From Bacteriovoracia bacterium (lineage in GTDB: Bacteria; Bdellovibrionota; UBA1018; JBFWNL01): a stretch of DNA of 64,000 nucleotides. The position numbers and the translations under genes are program-made. The stretch spans positions 757,055 through 821,054 of the forward strand of contig JBFWNL010000001.1 of NCBI GenBank assembly GCA_050251055.1, read 5' to 3'. The notes below the pieces were generated by a model. It ran no database searches. It saw nothing but the letters and a program-made list of their open reading frames with translations, and was not told the origin of the DNA. Positions 56,607 to 64,000 of the stretch are shown piece by piece; position 1 is the stretch's first letter; each line of letters opens with the position of its first letter.

Positions 56607-57752
56607 ATGAAAGACGCCAATTCCAAACCCATCATCTGCGTGGTCGACGACGACACCGCCCTCAACCGCGGCCTGTGCGAGCTGCTAGAGGAGAACGGCT
56701 ACCAGACTATTTCGTTCGCGTCCGCCACTCAATTTGTGAATCAACACCAAGAAAATCCGGTCGCCTGCGAGCTAGTTATCTCGGACATCAACATGCCTGG
56801 CCTCTCGGGTTACGATCTCTGCCAAACCGTCCGACAAAGCGGGGCCCCGGAACACCTTCCCATCATTTTAATCACCGGCAATAATGCCGTCGAGGAAAAG
56901 ACCAAGGGCCTCGACTTTGGCGCGGACGACTTCATTAGCAAGCCATTTCGCCCCACCGAGCTGCTCGCTAAGATACGGTCCTTGCTAAAAATCCGATCGG
57001 AACAAAAAAACACGCTGGCCCACTTGAGCACCGTCCAGAGCGAAAACCAAGGACTCGTCCACAAGCTCCAGGCAGAAATCAAACGCTCCCAGCAAGTCGG
57101 CACGTTAATGAGCTTCTTCTCGCCGAAAGTCGCGGAGCTACTAACATCCGACAATGCCCACTCTATCTTGAGACGCCACCGCACGGAAGTAAGCGTCTTA
57201 TTCGTGGACTTGAGGGGATTCACGGCTTTCTCGGAAGTGGCCGAGCCTGAGGACGTATTGGGCGTATTGGAAGCTTACTACAAGGCGGTGGGAACCATCA
57301 GTCTCCGACACGGCGGAACGCTCGGACATCTTGCCGGCGACGGAATCATGATTTTTCTCAATGACCCGGAAACGATAGCCGACCACCAGGCGGTCGCGGT
57401 GCGAATGGCCCTGGAAATACGTGCCGCCTTGGAAAAGCAAAGGGAACAGTGGAAAAAACGCGACTTTGATCTCGACTTCGGCATGGGCCTGGCGGACGGT
57501 TACGCCACCATCGGGGGCATAGGATTCGAGCACTTTTGGCAATACTCGGTCATCGGTACCGTAGCCAACCTTTCCGCACGCTTATGCCACGAGGCAAAGG
57601 GCGGACAAATTCTCGTATCCCAGCGTTTTTTTTCCAGCCTTGAGGCTTTTTTTTCCGGACAAGCCGTAGGAAACCTGGAATTCAAAGGTATTCATAAACC
57701 CATCTCCGTGTACAACATCGTTGACGAATTGAAACAGAGGAAAGCCGCATGA
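56607..57752 (+). CDS. REC + class III adenylate/guanylate cyclase
   Basis: VVDDD..SDINMP..SKP; FVDLRGFT, GDGIM, IGTVANLSARL. Confidence 0.92.
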   Translation: MKDANSKPIICVVDDDTALNRGLCELLEENGYQTISFASATQFVNQHQENPVACELVISDINMPGLSGYDLCQTVRQSGAPEHLPIILITGNNAVEEKTKGLDFGADDFISKPFRPTELLAKIRSLLKIRSEQKNTLAHLSTVQSENQGLVHKLQAEIKRSQQVGTLMSFFSPKVAELLTSDNAHSILRRHRTEVSVLFVDLRGFTAFSEVAEPEDVLGVLEAYYKAVGTISLRHGGTLGHLAGDGIMIFLNDPETIADHQAVAVRMALEIRAALEKQREQWKKRDFDLDFGMGLADGYATIGGIGFEHFWQYSVIGTVANLSARLCHEAKGGQILVSQRFFSSLEAFFSGQAVGNLEFKGIHKPISVYNIVDELKQRKAA

Positions 57753-59116
57753 CTAAATCCAGGCGAATCCTGCTGGTCGACGATGACGCGCACATCGTCG
57801 ACTCGCTCAAAAACATCCTCGAGGAGGCGGGATTCGAGGTAATGCCGGCTTACGACGGCAAGTCAGCTCAGTCCATCTTTTCGCTCCACGAATTCAGCGC
57901 GGTCATTTCCGACATCCAGATGCCGAAATTCACGGGCTTTGAACTCGCCCAAAGCCTGAAGCGGCAGCGGAATGTCCCTTTCATCATGATGACTGGCCTG
58001 AGGGAGTACATCGATACGATCTCCGAGTATAGCACTCCCATTGACGGGTTCCTCGCCAAACCGTTTAAACGCGACGAACTTCTCGAGACGCTCGCACGGT
58101 GCCTGGATGAGCTGCCTTCCATCTCCGCTCCAAATTTGGACGGCGAATTCATGAAGCTCAGCCTCGAAGACTTCGTTTCCGGCAAGCAAATTCAAAGCGA
58201 TATCTATATCCGCATGAACGAAACCAAGTACTTAAAAATCGCGCACCAAGGTGAAGACTTGGAGGTACACCGTATCCGCGCTTATCGGGAAAAAAATGTT
58301 CGTCACCTCTACATGAAGAAGGCCGATTTCAGCCGGTACGTTGGATTTTCCCTCAAATTAAGCGAAGGAGTTAAGAACGCGAAGATAGAACCCGACCGCA
58401 AGGCCCGATTCTTCAAGCACACGGGCGAGATCATCCTTGAGCAGCTACACATGGAAGGAGTTGACGAAGATACCTTCGCCGATTCCAAGGTGTTCCTGGA
58501 AAACTCCCTGGAGGTGATATCCGAGGATGCCGAAGCATTCAATCTTCTGGACATGTTGAACCAACACTCAAATTTTCTCTACGCGCATTCTCTGGCCGTC
58601 AGCTTTTTTAGCCTCATGCTTGCCAAAACGGTAGGCTGGAACTCCCCCGCAAACCGCTTCAAGATCTCGCTAGCCGGGCTGTACCACGACATCGGAAAGA
58701 AGGAGCTGGATCTCGAACTACTATCCAAATCGAGAAGGCAAATGAGCCACGGCGAGATAAAGCTCTACGAAGAGCACTGCTCCCGAGGCGTGGATCTGAT
58801 GCGGGACCTAAAGTCGATTCCTACAGAGGTACTTCAAGTCATCCTTCACCATCACGAAAACTGCATCGGAAGTGGATTCCCGTCCAAGCTCGGCAGCAAG
58901 CACGTCCATCCGATCGCCAAGCTCGTGGCCGTGGTGGACGAATTCGTCAAGCTCACGCTGGAAGCACCCAACTCCCCTCGTTATCGACCAACCGAAGCCA
59001 TTAAGATAATGGAAGACCTTTACAGCCAAATCTTAGATAAGCAGTACTTCCCGGCGCTTAAAAAACTTTTTTCGGAGATGCCCAGACAAAGGCGGGCACG
59101 GGCGGTGGCAAAATGA
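57749..59116 (+). CDS. REC + HD-GYP phosphodiesterase
   Basis: REC; AHS, YHDIGK, HHENCIGSGFP, VVDEF. Confidence 0.88.
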   Translation: MTKSRRILLVDDDAHIVDSLKNILEEAGFEVMPAYDGKSAQSIFSLHEFSAVISDIQMPKFTGFELAQSLKRQRNVPFIMMTGLREYIDTISEYSTPIDGFLAKPFKRDELLETLARCLDELPSISAPNLDGEFMKLSLEDFVSGKQIQSDIYIRMNETKYLKIAHQGEDLEVHRIRAYREKNVRHLYMKKADFSRYVGFSLKLSEGVKNAKIEPDRKARFFKHTGEIILEQLHMEGVDEDTFADSKVFLENSLEVISEDAEAFNLLDMLNQHSNFLYAHSLAVSFFSLMLAKTVGWNSPANRFKISLAGLYHDIGKKELDLELLSKSRRQMSHGEIKLYEEHCSRGVDLMRDLKSIPTEVLQVILHHHENCIGSGFPSKLGSKHVHPIAKLVAVVDEFVKLTLEAPNSPRYRPTEAIKIMEDLYSQILDKQYFPALKKLFSEMPRQRRARAVAK

Positions 59117-61056
59117 GCAAGACCATTCGCTTGCTGGTAGTCGAAGATTCTCTGGACGACTACGACTTGCTCATTCGGCATTTTCGAGCGGCGAAATTCC
59201 CGGTGGCGCCCCAACGAGTCGATACCCGCGACGACCTGGTGAAAGTATTGGCGAACCAAGAATGGGATGTGATCATTTCTGACTTCGCCATCGGCTCCTT
59301 ATCCGGACTGGAAGCGCTGAAAATTGTGCGCGCGGGAAATGTCGACATTCCCTTCATTATGGTCTCCGGGAGCATCGGTGAGGAAATAGCGGTCCAGGCG
59401 ATGAAAGACGGCGCCACGGACTACATCATGAAGGACAACATCCAGCGGCTCATTCCGGTCATCGAACGCGAGCTAAAGGAGTCGATGCTCCGCCGCGAAA
59501 AGAAAAACGTCGAAATCTCACTTCTAGATAGCGAAGCCCGATTCATGTCCCTGTGCGACAATGCATTGGTAGGGATATTCTCTATGAATCCCATTGGAGA
59601 GTTGACCTATGCCAACGCCGCGGCAGTCGAAATCTGCGGGCATTCCCTGGCGGAGCTCAACTCCATCGGCTTAACCCGATTGGTCCACGAAGAGGATCTT
59701 CCTCAAGTGGTCGAGGCCATCCAAGAACTCCGAAAACAGGCGATTCCGGTTCACGTGAAGATCCGCCTGCGGCATCCCGGCGGGAACGTCCGCCACGTAG
59801 AACTGCAGGCCAGGTCCGTCAAAATGCAAAAGGACGGTCTGGAATATTTCGTCGGTACAATCGTGGATCTCACCGAACAGTTCAACGTAGAATACCAACT
59901 GGTGCTAAAAGCCAGGGAGTTGAGCCACTCCCAGAAAATGGATGCGCTCGGTAGACTGGCCGGAGGGATCGCGCATGACTTCAATAACATCCTGGCCGTA
60001 ATGTTCATCAATCTCGACTCGGTCCTGACCAGTAAAACACCGGTGGATCCGGTCCTACTGCGGAGACTCCGCGAAGTTTTTTCGGCGTCCGAGCGGGCGG
60101 CATCCCTGGTGAAACAGCTACTCACCTTCAGTAAGAAAGGCGACAGCAACGCCGAGTTTTGCGACCCCGGCAAGGTCGCTTTATCCATGTTCCCCATGCT
60201 CGAGCGAATCATAGGGGACAATATCACGCTTAAGCCTTCGTTTACCGCGGTGGCCGCCAAGATCGCCTGTGGCCAATCCCCCTTCGAACAGGTGCTCTTG
60301 AATCTCGTCGTAAACGCCAAGGATGCCATGCCCGACGGAGGAGTCATCCAGATCCAGACCCGACGCGACGAAATCCCCACGGGGCACCAATTTGTCCTAG
60401 AGGTAACCGACTCGGGATCGGGCATGGACGAGCAAACCGCCGCCCGAATATTTGAGCCTTTTTTTACCACCAAAGGCCATGGCAAGGGAACCGGCCTAGG
60501 CCTCTCCACGGTTTACGGCGTAGTGAAAGGCGCCGGGGGCAAAATAGACGTCACGAGCGAACTCGGAAAAGGGACCAAATTCACCGTGCAGCTGCCCATA
60601 CGGAACGAGGATTCCACGCATGTCCCCGAGCCCGCAGCCGGGGAACCCACCGAGCTAACGCGAGAGTTTATTGGCTCCAGAATCGTTCTCGTGGAAGATG
60701 ACGAAGCCATCGGCAAGGCGCTATCGAGCTCCCTCGGAGAAATCGGCTTCCAAGTGCGCTACTTTCCGAATGCGAAGGAAGCTATCGCCCAATTGGATTG
60801 CTCCACCCTCCCCCTCGACATCCTCATCACCGACTTCATGATGCCGCATCTATCGGGTTTGGAACTGATCGAGGCCCTCGGGAAGCGGCATGGGCTTAAG
60901 CACGCCATCCTCATGTCCGGCTACAAAAAGGATCTAGAGGTGCCCGAATTCATTGGCCCCACCAAAATACTCTTTCTGCAAAAACCGTTTTCGATGGGCC
61001 AACTCCTCGCACAGCTGAAGGCGTTGCTGGGGGCCGGGCAAAAAAAGACCGCCTAA
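59113..61056 (+). CDS. Hybrid histidine kinase (REC-PAS-HisKA-HATPase-REC)
   Basis: GGIAHDFNN, NAKDAM, FEPFFTTK..GTGLGL, terminal REC. Confidence 0.95.
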   Translation: MSKTIRLLVVEDSLDDYDLLIRHFRAAKFPVAPQRVDTRDDLVKVLANQEWDVIISDFAIGSLSGLEALKIVRAGNVDIPFIMVSGSIGEEIAVQAMKDGATDYIMKDNIQRLIPVIERELKESMLRREKKNVEISLLDSEARFMSLCDNALVGIFSMNPIGELTYANAAAVEICGHSLAELNSIGLTRLVHEEDLPQVVEAIQELRKQAIPVHVKIRLRHPGGNVRHVELQARSVKMQKDGLEYFVGTIVDLTEQFNVEYQLVLKARELSHSQKMDALGRLAGGIAHDFNNILAVMFINLDSVLTSKTPVDPVLLRRLREVFSASERAASLVKQLLTFSKKGDSNAEFCDPGKVALSMFPMLERIIGDNITLKPSFTAVAAKIACGQSPFEQVLLNLVVNAKDAMPDGGVIQIQTRRDEIPTGHQFVLEVTDSGSGMDEQTAARIFEPFFTTKGHGKGTGLGLSTVYGVVKGAGGKIDVTSELGKGTKFTVQLPIRNEDSTHVPEPAAGEPTELTREFIGSRIVLVEDDEAIGKALSSSLGEIGFQVRYFPNAKEAIAQLDCSTLPLDILITDFMMPHLSGLELIEALGKRHGLKHAILMSGYKKDLEVPEFIGPTKILFLQKPFSMGQLLAQLKALLGAGQKKTA

Positions 61057-61180
61057 CCTGCTCGACGAAAATGCCACGGGTGCCAATGACGCATCGAGTC
61101 TTAATCTTCTAAGGTCCACCTAAACACTGAAAACCCTTAGTATTCTCCTAGCACCTTTTGATGTCCTCGATCTTTGGTGA

Positions 61181-61210
61181 TTGACTTCCTAGGTCACCCA
61201 GCGTTAGATT
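61181..61210 (+). promoter_or_regulatory. Putative sigma70 promoter of tRNA-fMet
   Basis: TTGACT-N18-TAGATT, 18 nt before the tRNA. Confidence 0.5.
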
Positions 61211-61228
61211 CACGAACACTTTTACTGA

Positions 61229-61305
<77 letters not shown>

Positions 61306-61310
61306 ATATT

Positions 61311-61348
61311 CGGTGAGGGTTCGGAGTTAAAAACTCCGAACCCCACTG
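61311..61348 (+). terminator. Hairpin just downstream of tRNA-fMet
   Basis: GGGTTCGGAGTT-AAA-AACTCCGAACCC 12-bp stem, extendable. Confidence 0.6.
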
Positions 61349-61576
61349 ATCGCAACTAAACCCCAGAAAATTCAAACTAAGTAATCAGAACAACACAGGA
61401 TTGCGTAATTAAGCACTCATGCCTGCAAGATATTGATAGTCGCACGAAGTCGCACTTTAGGTAGCTAGGTGGATTCCAATTGGATGCCACATGGGTACCT
61501 CGGTCGATTTTTTTCAAAAAAGTGGATGCCAATTTATGCAGGTATCCACCCCTAAGAAAATTCCGTTCGCGGACAT

Positions 61577-61798
61577 TTATTCAAGACGAACTACGAGCCG
61601 CTTACCCAAGGCATCGGCGATTCGCTTCAAAGTAGCGATTTGGAACTCGGTCCTCTTCCCCGTGAGCAACCGTGAGAGCGTGCTTTTATGGAAATCCTCT
61701 TCAAAACAGAACTTTTCGACGGAGGGGTATTTCTTTTGGATCAACTGCATTGCCTGATCGCGGAAGGAAGCCAGAGGATCATATGATTTTTGTTGCAT
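61577..61798 (-). CDS. XRE-family HTH regulator
   Basis: SVEKFC..HKSTLSRLLTG..IATLKRIADALG; start taken as ATG 61798. Confidence 0.8.
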   Translation of the reverse strand: MQQKSYDPLASFRDQAMQLIQKKYPSVEKFCFEEDFHKSTLSRLLTGKRTEFQIATLKRIADALGKRLVVRLE

Positions 61799-61863
61799 AA
61801 TAGGCAACTTATCAATTACCAATCAATAGCTAGTTGACCATTAGGCAACTAAAAGTAGGGTGT

Positions 61864-62109
61864 ATGAGTATGGAATCCACTTCAATTCTTCATAAGGGGC
61901 AGGCGCAAACACCTGTTGATGAAGTCGCATTTAGGATACGCTTACTAAGTAATCGTCTAAAAGGGGTTTCGCATCTATTCCGCAGCGCAAATCCAGACAC
62001 AGACGAACGCATGATGTCCAGCGAAGCACAAGAGGGCTTGGGGCTAGTCATTCAAGATATTGCCGAAGCCTTAGATCTACAGGCGGAGTGCCTTGCGCCT
62101 ATCAAGTAG
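61864..62109 (+). CDS. Small hypothetical protein divergent from the XRE gene
   Basis: Two amphipathic helices; purine-rich SD-like AGGGTG. Confidence 0.5.
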   Translation: MSMESTSILHKGQAQTPVDEVAFRIRLLSNRLKGVSHLFRSANPDTDERMMSSEAQEGLGLVIQDIAEALDLQAECLAPIK

Positions 62110-62137
62110 CACCTGCATGAATTCGTTCGGGGCACTT

Positions 62138-63001
62138 TTAGCAAAAATCATCAAAAGTATCCCCCTTATCCCAAGGCTTACCTAACAACTTGAACTGCTG
62201 CTTCTCAGCGCCTTCAAGTGTAAAAAATGTACGGCAGCTTTCGTGAACAAATTTATCATTTTCGAAAGTGATTCTAGCTACCGCCCACCCTTTAATTCCA
62301 CCCGGTGGCCTGGTGATTACAACTATACTCGAACTGTCCGAACTGAGTTCAGCCATCTCAACCTTACCTTCGCCGTACCGATTACGAGAAAAGACTGAAT
62401 CTGGCTTGAGCCGAAAAAAGTAGTCTACGAGAGATTCTTGCGATGCATCACTTGGGCAGAGCGGAAATTCGCAAGGCGTCCTCCAATTCCTTTGGACCGC
62501 TAAAGGCGTGAGAGATGCGATTTCGTATTTTTCACTATAGTAGCGCTCTTCTTCGATCTGCCGCATCCAGGGCCTATTGGTAAGGGGTTCTGTATTTCTA
62601 ACCCTGTCGGGATCCTGCAACATTCCTTCAATTGATCCCCACTTTTGTTCGATGCGCTTAAGCGTTTTTTCATTGCCAGTAATGTTTTCTAGGCGAGTCA
62701 CCCACCTTAGATTCTCTATGCGATTATTTGCCCGATTCGTATCGATATGATCGACGACATGACCTGACGACGGTTGTTCGCCATGGAACGCTGTCGCCAC
62801 GATTCGATGAACAACCAGCTCACCGATTTTCATATATCCACTAGAGGTGCATTGATTGCCATACGTCCAGACATCGTCCAGTACACGCTCCCGCTGATTT
62901 GGTCTCTTCAAACGGCAAACTAATCCGTTGTCTCGAACTAAGAACCGCTCTCCATCAAAGGAGATACCGACTTCCGTAGTAAAACCCTGTTTTCTGCTCA
63001 C
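62138..63001 (-). CDS. HNH endonuclease-domain protein with C-terminal extension
   Basis: VHRIVATAF..VVDHIDTNRANNRIENLRWVT (HNH_3-type); SD GGAGG. Confidence 0.85.
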   Translation of the reverse strand: MSRKQGFTTEVGISFDGERFLVRDNGLVCRLKRPNQRERVLDDVWTYGNQCTSSGYMKIGELVVHRIVATAFHGEQPSSGHVVDHIDTNRANNRIENLRWVTRLENITGNEKTLKRIEQKWGSIEGMLQDPDRVRNTEPLTNRPWMRQIEEERYYSEKYEIASLTPLAVQRNWRTPCEFPLCPSDASQESLVDYFFRLKPDSVFSRNRYGEGKVEMAELSSDSSSIVVITRPPGGIKGWAVARITFENDKFVHESCRTFFTLEGAEKQQFKLLGKPWDKGDTFDDFC

Positions 63002-63098
63002 TTTTCCTCCACTCCTAGAATCATGACCCGCAGCGCAACCGCAGGAGCCATATAGACTTTGTAACGCTAATTTGGCATGTAAGGCGTAACACCTTCAA

Positions 63099-63647
63099 GT
63101 GGGGTACCTGATGAAAACACCGTTACAGCACGAAAAAGAGCAGTTTCTAATCTCAAGCAAAGGCCGCCTTATAGGCTGGGGGCGGAAAGACGTTAAGAAT
63201 CTGATAAAAAATGCAAACAGAGCAAAAAGTGAGGGTTTGTTATCAAAACAGTCTTTGACGCTAAACGACGCTGAATGCATTTTTGCGTATGAATGGTTCG
63301 ATACATTTCTCGTTAAAGGCATCACTGAAGAAGTCATAAAGAAACTCAATTCCAGAATCACCCACATCCACTATCGTCACGTTTTGATGCACTCCTCAAA
63401 CAGAGGTCCATACTGGCGACGCATCGCAGATGGAGACCAAATAGATGATCCTGAACTGTCTGTGGCCTATGGGATTGCGCATTTGCTTGCGGTTGGTGCA
63501 TTCGATGGTTTAAAGCGCTGTCGCATGCAAACTTGTCAGAGATTTTTTATAGGTCGCCCAGATGCGAAGTGGTGCACAAAGGCCTGCGGTTCTCGGCACC
63601 GCGTATACCAAAAAAGAAAGCGGGATAAGAATAGGCAGCTAGAATGA
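63099..63647 (+). CDS. CGNR-type zinc-finger protein
   Basis: LKRC..C..FF..KWC..CGSRHRV..KR. Confidence 0.75.
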   Translation: MGYLMKTPLQHEKEQFLISSKGRLIGWGRKDVKNLIKNANRAKSEGLLSKQSLTLNDAECIFAYEWFDTFLVKGITEEVIKKLNSRITHIHYRHVLMHSSNRGPYWRRIADGDQIDDPELSVAYGIAHLLAVGAFDGLKRCRMQTCQRFFIGRPDAKWCTKACGSRHRVYQKRKRDKNRQLE

Positions 63648-63688
63648 ATGTTTTCACGAACACTGATCAATTAGAGTAAGAGGTAGTG

Positions 63689-64000
63689 ATGTACCTAATA
63701 CTGAAAGCCGCTCTGAGCGGGGCCGTGGTTGTAGGAATATCTGAAATCGCTAAGAAGTCGTCACTCCTAGCGGCAATATTGGCTTCACTTCCCCTTACTT
63801 CGATTCTCGCAATGATTTGGCTTTATACGGACTCAGGAGACGACCAAAAAGTGAGAGTTCTCTCTACCGGGATTTTTTGGATGGTACTCCCGTCTCTTGC
63901 CTTCTTTGTCGTACTTCCGTCGTTAATTCGAGCAGGTATGAAGTTTTATGGGGCGTTGCTACTAGCATGCGTTGCCACAGTGACAATTTATACCATCTAT
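63689..64000 (+). CDS. DUF3147-like small membrane protein, 3'-truncated by window edge
   Basis: Manual translation MYLILKAALSGAVVVGISEIAKKSSLLAAILASLPLTSILAMIWLY..IFWMVLPSL; SD GAGG. Confidence 0.75.
   Translation, partial: MYLILKAALSGAVVVGISEIAKKSSLLAAILASLPLTSILAMIWLYTDSGDDQKVRVLSTGIFWMVLPSLAFFVVLPSLIRAGMKFYGALLLACVATVTIYTIY

Larger units (their letters stand above)
61350..64000. mobile_element. Probable left end of a lower-GC genomic island at tRNA-fMet
   Basis: Abrupt shift to more AT-rich sequence after the tRNA; phased short repeats; XRE/HNH cargo; no integrase inside the window. Confidence 0.55.

Noticed and set aside
238-61119. Numerous antisense or alternate-frame ORFs in the track (e.g. 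2386-3198, 5068-5844, 23470-24222, 29459-30238, 59751-60509)
   Set aside because: Fully overlap well-supported genes and lack motifs; expected shadows in GC-rich DNA

Overview
GC-rich bacterial chromosome segment, probably Bdellovibrionota/Oligoflexia-like. This is inferred from a TIGR02147-type regulator, ScpB with acidic extensions, a vWA lipoprotein, an orphan prepilin and many secreted hypotheticals. Core genes: cation:H+ antiporter, GT2s, mgtE, tldD/tldE, a metal ABC import locus, ABC-F, trpS, site-2 protease, xerD, scpA-scpB-rluB, tRNA-Val(CAC) and tRNA-fMet(CAT). Most interesting observations: (1) a co-oriented, apparently exported phosphatase + PI3K/PI4K-like kinase pair (8.2-11.7 kb); (2) a TIGR02147 regulator facing a cassette of Cys-rich secreted proteins and a HExxH lipoprotein, with a 24-bp direct repeat in the AT-rich spacer and a long hairpin after each gene (32.7-37 kb); (3) a 41-aa, very basic ORF missing from the ORF track (28778-28903, minus); (4) a CxxC...RAPP leader upstream of an ATPase-less metal uptake operon; (5) a secreted SelO-like protein behind a sigma28 promoter; (6) a porin/periplasmic-protein/kinase module opposite a cyclase/HD-GYP/hybrid-kinase operon; (7) a lower-GC island starting after tRNA-fMet, with phased repeats, an XRE switch and an HNH gene. 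All family calls come from motifs read by eye; no database search was run. Several start codons were moved from the ORF track to better-supported positions.
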